This document shows positions 18,493 to 29,780 of a stretch of 64,000 nt of DNA, in pieces (the stretch's first letter is position 1; each line of letters begins with the position of its first letter). The stretch spans positions 43,192 through 107,191 of the forward strand of contig QQVD01000057.1 in assembly GCA_003388555.1 (NCBI GenBank), given 5' to 3'. The notes under the pieces are model-generated. The model was given only the letters and a program-made list of their open reading frames with translations. It had not been told where the DNA came from and did not search any database. This DNA is from Acidobacteriota bacterium (GTDB lineage: Bacteria; Acidobacteriota; Thermoanaerobaculia; Multivoradales; Multivoraceae). The position numbers and the translations under genes are program-made.

Positions 18493-19947
18493 TCAGAAGA
18501 GACGGTGGAAGCCGCCACTCGAGCCGGTGAGACGTGCGTTGACGACGTTGTTGAAGATCGAGCCGAAGGTGTAGCTCAATCCGAGTCCGAGCCGATAGCG
18601 GCTGTCGGTTCTCAGTGCCCGCTGACCGAGCAGGATCTCCTCGTCGGTGGCTTCCGATGCGGGCAGATAGATCTGATCGCGAACCAGGGAGTAGCGCCCC
18701 GAGAAGCGCACCGAGAGACCGCGCGCGATCCGGTAGTCGATGCTGCCGCCGACCCTGACCGAATAGAGGTCGAGATCGTCGAGGAAGTGCGAGAGGTCGA
18801 CGTCGAGTCCGCTCTCGCCCCATGGCCTGGCGATGTCGAAGGAGACCAGCACTCCCTGATCCGGACGCGTCTCGTTGAACTCGCCGGCGATCGTCTCCTC
18901 CTCGTACTCGAGTTGGGAGAGGCCGACGAAGTAGGTGAAGGTCAGCTCGTGGCGCGACGACTCCGAGTAGGGGAAGAGGTTGTACTGCACCGCCGAGGCG
19001 AGGCGGTAGGAGGGCGCCAGGTTGAGGAAGGTCGAGCGCCGCGTGCTGGCGCCCGCCCCGACGCCCCAGTGCTCGCCGAGGGTCTTCACCGCCGAGCCTC
19101 CAATGCTGAAGTCGCGCTGGGTCTCTTCGAGCCTCTCACCGTCCTCGAAGGTGAAGTTGCTCTCGCGGTACCACTGGCTGACGCCGAGCCCGAGGCGCCA
19201 GTCGTCGGTGGTGCGGCTGGCTGAGATCGACCCCGACATCGACTGGGAATCGCGCCGGTCCTCACCGGCTGCGTCGACCTCCAGCCGGGCGCGGTAGATC
19301 CAGGAGTTCCAGGGGTCTGCAACCGCCTGGGCCGCGACCGGCACCTCGCTGGGGCGGTTGAAGCGGACCTCGAGGAACTCGGCGGCGGGCGTCTGCAGGA
19401 GATACGGCACCAGACCGAGCTGGAAGGACGAGGCGACGGCCTGCCGCCGCTCCTCGTCGGTGTCGGTGTCGCTGAGCGAGCGGGTGAGCACCAGGTCGCG
19501 GCCGGCGAACTCTCCACGGCCGAGGCACTCGAAGCGCATCTGCCATCCGGCGCTGCTGCGGGTGCGGGTGACCAGCACGTGGACCTCGGCGTCTCCCGGG
19601 TCGCGGACGTGATCGAGGTAGTCGATCTCCTGTCGCAGGTGGCGCTGATCGCAGCCGTCGTCGCAGTCGAGGAAGACGCGCAGCGGACCGGCCTCCGATC
19701 GGGAGCGGTCGGCTGCCTGCGCCGCCCGCGCGCGGCCCTTGCCGCCGCGCTCGGAGCCGTTGCCGACGAGCGGTGCCGCGGACGCCGCACTCGCGCCGAG
19801 GAGGACTGTGACCATCAGGCACGACAGAAGGCGGCTCGACTGCACCAGCGAGCTGGCGGCGGCCGCGTAGCGCCAGCCCAGGTGCCTCCAGGGGTGCCTC
19901 GGGATGCGGCTCGGGAGGTCGGTCCGGTGGCAGCGCGATCGAAACAT
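18493..19947 (-). CDS. Putative outer-membrane beta-barrel protein
   Basis: Signal-like VTVLLGASAASA; RVFLDC..C N-domain; amphipathic strands; LGLSYTFGS near the C-terminus; start uncertain (19947 or about 19815). Confidence 0.7.
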   Translation of the reverse strand: MFRSRCHRTDLPSRIPRHPWRHLGWRYAAAASSLVQSSRLLSCLMVTVLLGASAASAAPLVGNGSERGGKGRARAAQAADRSRSEAGPLRVFLDCDDGCDQRHLRQEIDYLDHVRDPGDAEVHVLVTRTRSSAGWQMRFECLGRGEFAGRDLVLTRSLSDTDTDEERRQAVASSFQLGLVPYLLQTPAAEFLEVRFNRPSEVPVAAQAVADPWNSWIYRARLEVDAAGEDRRDSQSMSGSISASRTTDDWRLGLGVSQWYRESNFTFEDGERLEETQRDFSIGGSAVKTLGEHWGVGAGASTRRSTFLNLAPSYRLASAVQYNLFPYSESSRHELTFTYFVGLSQLEYEEETIAGEFNETRPDQGVLVSFDIARPWGESGLDVDLSHFLDDLDLYSVRVGGSIDYRIARGLSVRFSGRYSLVRDQIYLPASEATDEEILLGQRALRTDSRYRLGLGLSYTFGSIFNNVVNARLTGSSGGFHRLF

Positions 19948-20405
19948 GTAGCGAGCGTCCTGGTCAGGTGCGCGGCGGGCGACGCGATGGCCGATCGCCA
20001 GGAAGGGAATGCTGAGGTGGGTACCGGAGGAATAGCGGCGCCATCGATCGCCGGCGCCGAGCTCCGCGCAGGTCGACGGCGAAGACACGGCGGCTCGCGG
20101 AGTCGCCCGGAGCCCCGGAGCGGAGCCCCGGTCGGCGACGGCGTCACGGCACCTCCTCCGGGTCGGCGGTGACGCCGCCGCGCCAGAGCGTCGGGTCGAG
20201 CACCGTCCCGCCGTCCGCGAGAGTCGTGGCGCGATCGACGCTGGCATCGACTCACCGCGGCGAGCGGCTGTTTCGGGCGATCTCCCCGTCGGCGCGATCC
20301 ACCGCCGGGCTCACTCTCCGCTCGACCGCCAGAGGTGGCGTGGCGCGAGCCGGGCAACACGTCGGAACCGGCGTTCGGCGAGCCCCGCAGGTCGCCGTTC
20401 TTCGG

Positions 20406-20435
20406 TTGACACCTTGAAGAGCCGGTCCCTATACT
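20406..20435 (+). promoter_or_regulatory. Sigma70-type promoter of the rpsA operon
   Basis: TTGACA (20406-20411), 18-bp spacer, TATACT (20430-20435), about 140 bp upstream of rpsA. Confidence 0.8.
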
Positions 20436-20578
20436 CGTAAGTCCCGAGTTCATGTCCACTTCGGTCGAACTCGCGCTCCCGAGAGGGGAGACCGACCCGA
20501 AGAATCCCCCATGGATGCGAGCGGTTTCCGCCTGCGTCTCCTTCGGTGTCGAGAGAAGATTCAAGGAGTATTTGGTTC

Positions 20579-22537
<1,959 letters not shown>

Positions 22538-22583
22538 GAGAGGGCGCCGGGCCGCCGATCAGCCGAGGTCTCCCCGCCCAGCC

Positions 22584-22610
22584 GGGCCGTCGCCGCCGAG
22601 GCGACGGCCC
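22584..22610. terminator. Perfect 11-bp stem-loop between rpsA and ihfB (no U-tract)
   Basis: GGGCCGTCGCC-GCCGA-GGCGACGGCCC. Confidence 0.45.
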
Positions 22611-22654
22611 ACGCACGGAGCTTCGGGTTTGCGCACAGGGGGAAGAGGGAGCAG

Positions 22655-23014
22655 ATGGCCGATTCTGTGACGAAGAAGTCGCGCGATCCGAAAGAGGACC
22701 TCCTGGAGAGGATCTCGCTCGGCAAGTCGAGTGGGATGACCAAGGCCGAGCTCGTCGAGCAGGTCGCCCGCAACGCTGAGCTCACCAAGAAGGACGCCGA
22801 TCAGGTGGTGAACACGGTGCTCTCGAGCATCGTCGGTTCGCTGCGGGACGGTGAGAAGATCGAGCTCCGCGGCTTCGGCAGCTTCCGCATCCGCAAGCGC
22901 GGTTCGCGGATCGGCCGCAACCCCAAGACCGGCGACCGGGTCAAGGTCCCGCCCAAGCGCATCCCTTACTTCAAGCCCGGCAAGGAGCTGCGCGAGCTCC
23001 TCAACGACGACTGA
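22655..23014 (+). CDS. ihfB: Integration host factor beta / HU family protein
   Basis: MTKAELVE, IELRGFGSF, GRNPKTG, PYFKPGKELRE; classic position after rpsA; start may be 22736. Confidence 0.88.
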   Translation: MADSVTKKSRDPKEDLLERISLGKSSGMTKAELVEQVARNAELTKKDADQVVNTVLSSIVGSLRDGEKIELRGFGSFRIRKRGSRIGRNPKTGDRVKVPPKRIPYFKPGKELRELLNDD

Positions 23015-23087
23015 GCTCGAGTCCCTGCGTGCACCGAATCTCGCCCGGCGCGCCAGCGCCGCCGGGTAAGGGGTGTGCGACTGCCCA

Positions 23088-23483
23088 ATGTCCGCAGAAA
23101 CCTCCCAGGCACCCGCTCGCAAGAGCCCGTGGTTGTACGCGGTCGCCGCCTGGCCGATTCCCGGCCTCGGCCACTTCCTGCTCGGGTTGCGCGGTCGCGC
23201 GATCGCCTTCCTCGGGCTGGTCATGTTCTCGGCCGGCATGGGTTGCCTGCTGCAGGGCAAGCTCTTCGTGGTCGTACCAGGGCAGCCGCTGAGCACTCTC
23301 GGCACCCTCGCCTCGATGGCGATGGGAGTCCCCTACTTCGTGCTCCGTTACCTCACCGGCTACGAGGGCGACATCACCAGCGCCTCCTACGAGTATGGCG
23401 GCGCCTTCCTGCTCACCGCCGGGCTGATGAACGCCCTGGTCATCCTCGACGCCTGGGACATCGCCACCGGGAGCCGGCAGTGA
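23088..23483 (+). CDS. Small membrane protein (DUF6677-like)
   Basis: AWPIPGLGHF, YEYG..FLLTAGLMNALVILDAWDIA; three to four TM segments. Confidence 0.75.
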   Translation: MSAETSQAPARKSPWLYAVAAWPIPGLGHFLLGLRGRAIAFLGLVMFSAGMGCLLQGKLFVVVPGQPLSTLGTLASMAMGVPYFVLRYLTGYEGDITSASYEYGGAFLLTAGLMNALVILDAWDIATGSRQ

Positions 23484-23586
23484 AGCCGAGGGCGGTGAGA
23501 GCGGGAGCGGTGGGGCCGATGTTCGAAGCCGGTCTGGCCGGACGGCGCCACCTGCGCCCGGCTATGGTGGGTGCGGAGGTGCCGCG

Positions 23587-23781
23587 GTGCTGAGCCACTT
23601 CGTCCTGATGGTGGTGTACGCCCTGCAGGTGAGCCTCTTCTTCACCGTGCTCTGGCGGCGGACGCGAAGGGCCCAGATCCGGTTGTTCCTGCAGCTCTTC
23701 CTCGGAATGGTCGGCGGCGGCCTGCTGCTCGCCTGGCTGATGTTCCCCTTCCCGGCCGGCCCGCCGGGGCCGACTCCCTAG
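23587..23781 (+). CDS. Small two-TM membrane protein
   Basis: GGAGG before GTG; two hydrophobic helices; ends WLMFPFP. Confidence 0.7.
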   Translation: MLSHFVLMVVYALQVSLFFTVLWRRTRRAQIRLFLQLFLGMVGGGLLLAWLMFPFPAGPPGPTP

Positions 23782-23805
23782 CGCCCGCGGGTGGCGAGCC
23801 GCACG

Positions 23806-25086
23806 ATGGCCGACAGCGATCGGCAGGCGGTGGGGGAGGCCGAGCCCGAAGAGACGTCCGGCGATCGACCGGTCACGCGCATCCTCGTGGCGACCGGCGA
23901 GGCTTCCGGCGACCTGCACGGTGCACGACTGATCTCGGCGCTGCGGGAGGACTCCGACTCCCGCCCGGGAGCGCAGCACCTCGGCGAGCTCGAGGTCTAC
24001 GGCATCGGCTCCGACGAGCTCGCCGCAGCCGGCATGCGACTCGTCGCCGACAGTCGCGCCATCGCGGTGATCGGGCTGATCGAGGCGCTGCGTGTCGTTC
24101 CGCACGCCTTCCGCATCCAGCGACGGCTCCTGGCCGAGGTCGAGCGCCGACGACCCGACGTCGCGCTGCTGATCGATGCGCCGGACTTCAACCTGCGGCT
24201 GGCCAAGAAGCTGGCTCGACGTGGCATCCCGGTGGTCTACTTCATCTCGCCCCAGGTCTGGGCTTGGCGGCAGTCCAGGGTGCACCTGATCCGGCGCATC
24301 GTCGACAAGATGCTGGTCCTGTTCCCGTTCGAGGCCGACTTCTACCGTCAGCACGACGTTCCGGTGGAGCACGTGGGCCACCCTCTGGTCGACGAGATCG
24401 CGGCGCGTCCCCAGCGCTGGGACGAGGCGCCGACGATGCCGTCCCCGACCGGGGGACCCGAATCCCTGTCCGGTCGCACCGTGGTGCTGCTGCCAGGATC
24501 ACGCCGCAGTGAAGTCGGGCGCCTGCTACCGCTGATGCTCGAAGTGGGGTCGCGTCTGGTGGCTTCCGGCGCCAGGGTGCGCCTGATCGTCGCTCGCAGC
24601 CTCGACGGCGACTGGTTGCGGGCGACGGCGCAGGAGGCGCGGCCCGAGGGCTTCGGGGCGATCGAGCTGGTCGAGGCGAACCGTCACGATGCGATCGCCG
24701 AGGCTCACGTGGCGCTGTGCGCCTCCGGCACCGCGACCCTCGAGGTGGGCCTGCTGCGCACTCCCATGGTTGTCGTCTACAAGGTCGCGCCTCTCACCTA
24801 CTGGCTCGGCCGCCGTCTGGTGGCGGTGCCGCACATCGCCCTGGTCAACCTGGTGCTCGGCCGGCGCGCGGTCCCCGAGATCCTGCAGGGCGAAGCCGAG
24901 CCCGAAGCGGTCGAGGCGGCGGTGCGGGAGCTGGCCCGCGGCGGCGAGGCGACGGAGACGATGCGCCGCCATCTCGCCGAGCTGCGCGAGAAGCTCGGCC
25001 AGCCGGGCGCGGCGCGGCGTGCCGCCGTGGCGGTTCGCGACCTGGTGATCGAGCGCCGGCGGCAGCGAGGTGACGCCCCGCCCTAG
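23806..25086 (+). CDS. lpxB: Lipid-A-disaccharide synthase
   Basis: GEASGDLHG, IDAPDFN, SPQVWAWR, FPFE, VGHPL, LLPGSR, SGTATLE. Confidence 0.95.
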   Translation: MADSDRQAVGEAEPEETSGDRPVTRILVATGEASGDLHGARLISALREDSDSRPGAQHLGELEVYGIGSDELAAAGMRLVADSRAIAVIGLIEALRVVPHAFRIQRRLLAEVERRRPDVALLIDAPDFNLRLAKKLARRGIPVVYFISPQVWAWRQSRVHLIRRIVDKMLVLFPFEADFYRQHDVPVEHVGHPLVDEIAARPQRWDEAPTMPSPTGGPESLSGRTVVLLPGSRRSEVGRLLPLMLEVGSRLVASGARVRLIVARSLDGDWLRATAQEARPEGFGAIELVEANRHDAIAEAHVALCASGTATLEVGLLRTPMVVVYKVAPLTYWLGRRLVAVPHIALVNLVLGRRAVPEILQGEAEPEAVEAAVRELARGGEATETMRRHLAELREKLGQPGAARRAAVAVRDLVIERRRQRGDAPP

Positions 25087-25217
25087 CGCGCGGCACGGCC
25101 CCTCGTCGGCCGGAGCCAGCCGGGCAGTCGCGCCGGCACCGACACACGCGGGGGGGTTAGGCTCTCCTCTGAGCTCTCGCCAGAAAGCGGACGTTCCGTG
25201 TCGCCGGAGGTCGCCTG

Positions 25218-26240
25218 ATGTTCACCAGCATGACGGGTTACGGCCGCGCCGCACACAGCACCGAGGACTGGACCTGCGAGGTCGAGTTGCGCGCGGTGAA
25301 CCACAGGTTCCTCGATCTGAACACCGTGCTGCGCGGGCTGCCGCGATCGTTCGAGTCGCGGGTGAACGGCCTGGTGCGCAGGGCCCTGCGTCGGGGCAGG
25401 ATCGACGTCACGGTCGTCGCGGCGCGAGGTGACTCGACGCCCGACGGACATCGCCTCGACGGTCGGCTCGCGCGACGCCTGGTCGAGTCCGCCCGCGAGC
25501 TGTGTCGCGAGCTGGCGATGGCTCCCGAGATCCGCCTCGGTGAGCTGCTCCAGATTCCCGGCGTCGTCACCAGCGGTGACGGCGGCTGGCGGGACTCGGG
25601 CCCGGCGCCGCCGATCGACCTGGTCCAGCTGACGGTGGAGCGGGCGCTGGCGCTGCTCACCGAGAACCGCCAGCGCGAGGGCGCCAGGCTGCGCTCCGCG
25701 CTGCAGGTCGAGCTCGAGGGACTGGTCGACCTCGTCGAGCGTCTCGATGAGCATCGCGTGGCCCTGCGCTCCCAGGTGCTGGAGCGCTATCGAGCGAGGC
25801 TGCAGGGATGGCTTCGCGAGGCGACAGGAGAGGACGGCGGCGATGCGGCCCCTGAGGCGCGGCGTGACGAGGCGGTCGAGCGGCCCACGATCTGGTCACT
25901 GCCTTCGGCCGAGCGGCTGGTCCAGGAGGCCGCGGTCAGCGCCGAGCGTGGCGATGTCGAGGAGGAGATCGTCAGGCTGCGCAGCCACCTAGGCGCCCTG
26001 CGCGCACTGCTCGAGACGGGGCAGCCGAGACCAGCCGGGAAGGACGATCCCGGCGATGCGGTGCCGGCCTCGTCGTCGGCGGAGAGCGTCGGGAAGAAGA
26101 TCGAGTTCCTGGTCCAGGAGATCGTGCGCGAGCTGTCGACGGTCTCCGCCAAGGGACGCGACGCCGCCATCTCCCACCTGGTGGTGGAGGCACGCGGCTG
26201 CTGCGAGCGGCTGAAGGAGCAGGCGGCCAACCTCGAGTAG
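25218..26240 (+). CDS. yicC: YicC/YloC family endoribonuclease
   Basis: SMTGYGR, AVNHRFLD, DVEEEIVRLRSH, GKKIEFLVQEIVRE, EQAANLE. Confidence 0.92.
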   Translation: MFTSMTGYGRAAHSTEDWTCEVELRAVNHRFLDLNTVLRGLPRSFESRVNGLVRRALRRGRIDVTVVAARGDSTPDGHRLDGRLARRLVESARELCRELAMAPEIRLGELLQIPGVVTSGDGGWRDSGPAPPIDLVQLTVERALALLTENRQREGARLRSALQVELEGLVDLVERLDEHRVALRSQVLERYRARLQGWLREATGEDGGDAAPEARRDEAVERPTIWSLPSAERLVQEAAVSAERGDVEEEIVRLRSHLGALRALLETGQPRPAGKDDPGDAVPASSSAESVGKKIEFLVQEIVRELSTVSAKGRDAAISHLVVEARGCCERLKEQAANLE

Positions 26241-26393
26241 AGGCGTCGAGCGCGGAGCCCCTCACTGGAACGCGGCGGCCGAAGCGAGAGCGACCTCCGC
26301 TCGGCAGCACTGCCGGCGCCGCGATCGGCTTCTCCCGTGTAGCGGCGTCTGCGGCGCGGAGAAAGGCACGCGGACCGGGATAGAGTGCGGGCC

Positions 26394-27155
26394 ATGGCGG
26401 AGAGGGTCGAAGGGGCCGAGGCGGTGAGCTCGAGGGCCGACGGAGCGGAGCAGGTCGAAGCCGCGCCAGCGGACGACGTCGCCCGATCGGTCGCTTCAGG
26501 CGAGGAGCCGCCGACCGGCGAGCTGTTCATCATCTCGGCGCCCTCCGGCGCCGGCAAGACGACGCTGATCCACCGTCTGCTGCGCGGCGACATGCCCGAT
26601 CTGGCGTTCTCGGTGAGTCACACGACGCGTCGACCGCGGGCCGACGAGGTGGACGGGGTCGACTACCACTTCGTCGACCGGGCGACCTTCGAGGCGAGCA
26701 TCGAGCGCGGTGAGTTCCTCGAGTGGGCGGAGGTGCACGGCAACCTGTACGGCACGTCGCTGCGGGAGGTGAGACCGCGGTTGGAGTCCGGCCAGGACGT
26801 GCTGCTGGACATCGACGTCCAGGGTGGCGAGCGGGTGATGGCCGAGCAGCGCGATCCGGCGACGTCGACTCTCGGCGCCCGGGTGCACTCGATCTTCGTC
26901 ATGCCGCCCTCGTTCGGGGAGCTCGAGAAGCGACTGCGCCAGCGCAACCAGGACCGCAGGGAGCAGATCGAAACCCGGCTGGAGGTCTCGCGGTGGGAGA
27001 TGAGCCGGGCGGAAGCCTATGATTATGTTATCGTCAACGACGATGCGCGGTACGCAAGCAGCGTGCTCGCCGCGATCATCCAGGACAAGCGCCACCGCGG
27101 AGAGCGGATGCGTCCTCGGGTGTCGCGCATCCTGCGCGACTTCCAGACCGCCTGA
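26394..27155 (+). CDS. gmk: Guanylate kinase
   Basis: SAPSGAGKTT, SHTTRRPR, GVDYHFV, EWAEVHGNLYGT, DIDVQG; start uncertain. Confidence 0.95.
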   Translation: MAERVEGAEAVSSRADGAEQVEAAPADDVARSVASGEEPPTGELFIISAPSGAGKTTLIHRLLRGDMPDLAFSVSHTTRRPRADEVDGVDYHFVDRATFEASIERGEFLEWAEVHGNLYGTSLREVRPRLESGQDVLLDIDVQGGERVMAEQRDPATSTLGARVHSIFVMPPSFGELEKRLRQRNQDRREQIETRLEVSRWEMSRAEAYDYVIVNDDARYASSVLAAIIQDKRHRGERMRPRVSRILRDFQTA

Positions 27156-27280
27156 CGGCCCACCGGCACGCTGCAGGCAGCCGCCGGGGCCCCAGCGACG
27201 ACCCATCGCCGACGCATCGATTCGGCCGCGCGAAGAACATCTGACGCCGGCCCGGCAGGCCCGGGCACGAGGTTACGAGC

Positions 27281-27496
27281 ATGGACATCATCGACCAGCA
27301 CGTCGACAGCAAGTTCCGCTTCGTGCTGCTCTCCGCCCAGCGGGCCGAGCAGCTGCTGCGGGGAGCGCCGCCACGGGTGGAGGTGCGCAGCCCCAAGGTC
27401 GCCAGGACCGCGATGGAAGAGCTGATCACCGGCCAGATCGACTGGGACTACGGCCCGCGTCCGTCCGAGGCCGGAGAGGGCGCCGAGGAAGAGTAG
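27281..27496 (+). CDS. rpoZ: RNA polymerase omega subunit
   Basis: SKFRFVLLSAQRAEQL...AMEEL; located between gmk and coaBC. Confidence 0.92.
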   Translation: MDIIDQHVDSKFRFVLLSAQRAEQLLRGAPPRVEVRSPKVARTAMEELITGQIDWDYGPRPSEAGEGAEEE

Positions 27497-27626
27497 TCGG
27501 GGTCACCGACGCCGACACCCCTTCGGCGCCTGCGCTTTGCGGCTTCGGGAGCCCGCCCGGGACCGGCGCGACCGCAGGTGGCCGGATGGTCCGTGCTGAG
27601 CGCCCGGGGTCGGGGAGGAGCGCCAG

Positions 27627-28838
27627 GTGAACGTGCTGCTCGGCGTCTGCGGAGGCATCGCCGCCTGCAAGGCTCCCGAGCTGGTGCGTGAGCTCGGGCG
27701 GGCCGACTGCCGCGTGCGCTGCATCCTGACGCCGGCAGCGAGCAGCTTCTGCGCACCGCTGGCGCTCGAGATCCTCAGCGGCCACGAGGTCTGGGACGAG
27801 TCGTACCTCAGGCCCGGTACCGGCGGAGTCGAGCAGCACGTCGAGCTCGGGCAGTGGGCCGACGTGCTCCTGGTCGCGCCCGCCACCGCGAACACCATCT
27901 CGCGGCTCGCCTGGGGCCTCGCCGACGACCTGCTGACCACCACGGCGCTGATGGTCGACGGTCCCGTCGTCGTCGCGCCAGCGATGCACGCCACGATGTG
28001 GGAGCATCCGGCCGTGCGCGAGAGCGTCGCGCGCCTGCGCCAGCGCGGCGTGCGCGTGGTCGGCCCCGATGTGGGGCCGCTGGCGTCGGGAGAGCTCGGT
28101 GTCGGGCGCCTCGCCGAGCTTCCGGCCATCGCCTCGGCGGTCCTCGCGGCGGCGAGCTCCGGTGACCTCGCCGGCCGGCGCGTCGTCGTCACCGCCGGCC
28201 CGACCTGGGAGGCGGTCGACTCGGTGCGCTTCCTCGCCAACCGCTCGAGTGGCCGCATGGGCTTCGCCATTGCCGAGCGGGCGGCCCGTCGCGGCGCCGT
28301 GGTGCGGCTGATCAGCGGCCCGTCCGCCCTCGCCGCGCCCCATGGCGTCGAGCGGCGCGACGTCACCTCGGCGCTCGAGATGCTCGAGGCGGTGCGGGAA
28401 GAGTGCGAGGGGGCCGACGTGGTGGTGATGGCAGCGGCGGTTGCCGACTACCGGCCGGCGTCGGCGGCGGCAGGCAAGCTCAAGAAGCGCGACGGCGGGC
28501 TCGAGTCGATCGCCCTGGTCGAGAACCCCGACATCCTCGCCGAGCTGGCCCGGATGGCGCCCGACGCGGTGCGGGTCGGGTTCGCGGCCGAGACCGAGGA
28601 CCTGATCGAGAACGCGCGTCAGAAGCTGGCCAGCAAGGGCGCCCACCTGCTGGTCGCCAACGACGTGTCGCGGCGGGACATCGGTTTCGACAGCCACGAC
28701 AACGAGGTCGTCGTCCTGCGCCGCGAGGGCGAACCGGTGCGGATCGGCAAGCGCGGCAAGGGCGAGGTGGCGGACGGGATCCTCGACCTGGTGCGCGGCG
28801 AGCTCGACGCCCGTACCCGCTCGGCGGTGATCTCGTGA
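27627..28838 (+). CDS. coaBC: Phosphopantothenoylcysteine decarboxylase/synthase
   Basis: GGIAACK, APATAN, PAMH, TAGPTWE, NRSSGRMG, AAVADY, GFAAET, ANDV. Confidence 0.96.
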   Translation: MNVLLGVCGGIAACKAPELVRELGRADCRVRCILTPAASSFCAPLALEILSGHEVWDESYLRPGTGGVEQHVELGQWADVLLVAPATANTISRLAWGLADDLLTTTALMVDGPVVVAPAMHATMWEHPAVRESVARLRQRGVRVVGPDVGPLASGELGVGRLAELPAIASAVLAAASSGDLAGRRVVVTAGPTWEAVDSVRFLANRSSGRMGFAIAERAARRGAVVRLISGPSALAAPHGVERRDVTSALEMLEAVREECEGADVVVMAAAVADYRPASAAAGKLKKRDGGLESIALVENPDILAELARMAPDAVRVGFAAETEDLIENARQKLASKGAHLLVANDVSRRDIGFDSHDNEVVVLRREGEPVRIGKRGKGEVADGILDLVRGELDARTRSAVIS

Positions 28839-29680
28839 AGGAGCCCGGCGACGCCGTCGACAGCAGGATCTGGCACGAGCTCGACTACCTGCGCGAGTTG
28901 GGCTGGGAGGAGCTGTACCCGGCGGTGCCGCCCTCGGCACCGCCCCGAACCGTGGCGAGAGAGGGGAGCGGAGACCCGCCGCGCTCGGCTTCGGCGGTGG
29001 ACTCCGGCGCCGCCCACGAAAAGCCGCGGGCGATGCCTGCAGCAACCCCCGAAGACGCCGCACCGGCCGAGGCCGGCGGGACGACGAGGGAGGAGAGCGA
29101 CGAGCGTACGCGCCGGATCGCCGCCTGCGCATCGCTCGACGAGCTCGGCGAGCTCGCGGCCGGCTGCGTCGCCTGTCCCCTGGCGCAGACCCGCCGCAGC
29201 GTCGTCTTCGGCTCAGGCTCGCCGACTGCCGAGCTGATGTTCGTCGGCGAGGGCCCGGGCGCCCAGGAGGACCTCAAGGGACTGCCCTTCGTCGGACCGG
29301 CAGGGGAGCTGCTGACCAAGATCATCGAAGCGATCGACCTGGAGCGGGGGCAGGTGTACATCGCCAACGTCGTCAAGTGCCGGCCGCCGAACAACCGCGA
29401 TCCGCAGCCCGGCGAGGTCTCGGCGTGCATCGGTTTCCTGCGCCGTCAGGTCGAGCTGGTGCAGCCGAAGCTGATCGTGGCGCTGGGCCGGGTGGCGGCG
29501 CAGAACCTGCTCGAGACCGATGCGCCGGTGGGGCGCATGCGAGGCCGCTGGCACTCGTTCGCCGGCGTTTCCCTCCGGGTGACGTACCATCCGGCCGCCC
29601 TGCTGCGCAATCAGTCCCTCAAGCGTCCGACCTGGGAGGACATGCAGGAGGTGCGCGACCGGCTGCAGGCAACGGAGTGA
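28835..29680 (+). CDS. Uracil-DNA glycosylase, family 4 (4Fe-4S)
   Basis: GTG 28835 overlaps the coaBC stop; CVACPL, GEGPG, PFVG, KCRPPNNRDP, TYHPAALLR. Confidence 0.92.
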   Translation: MKEPGDAVDSRIWHELDYLRELGWEELYPAVPPSAPPRTVAREGSGDPPRSASAVDSGAAHEKPRAMPAATPEDAAPAEAGGTTREESDERTRRIAACASLDELGELAAGCVACPLAQTRRSVVFGSGSPTAELMFVGEGPGAQEDLKGLPFVGPAGELLTKIIEAIDLERGQVYIANVVKCRPPNNRDPQPGEVSACIGFLRRQVELVQPKLIVALGRVAAQNLLETDAPVGRMRGRWHSFAGVSLRVTYHPAALLRNQSLKRPTWEDMQEVRDRLQATE

Positions 29681-29780
29681 ACGCAGCGGGCGGACGCCAC
29701 CGCCAGTGTCGTCCGGCCCGGGGCCCCGGCTCAGGCCCGCTGCCCGACTCCTCCTCGCCGGTCCGCTCGCCAGCGAAACG

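Noticed and set aside
19948..20405. Small gene or ncRNA in the gap upstream of rpsA
   Set aside because: Only short GGAGCCCCGG repeats and low-complexity ORFs; no recognisable RNA family
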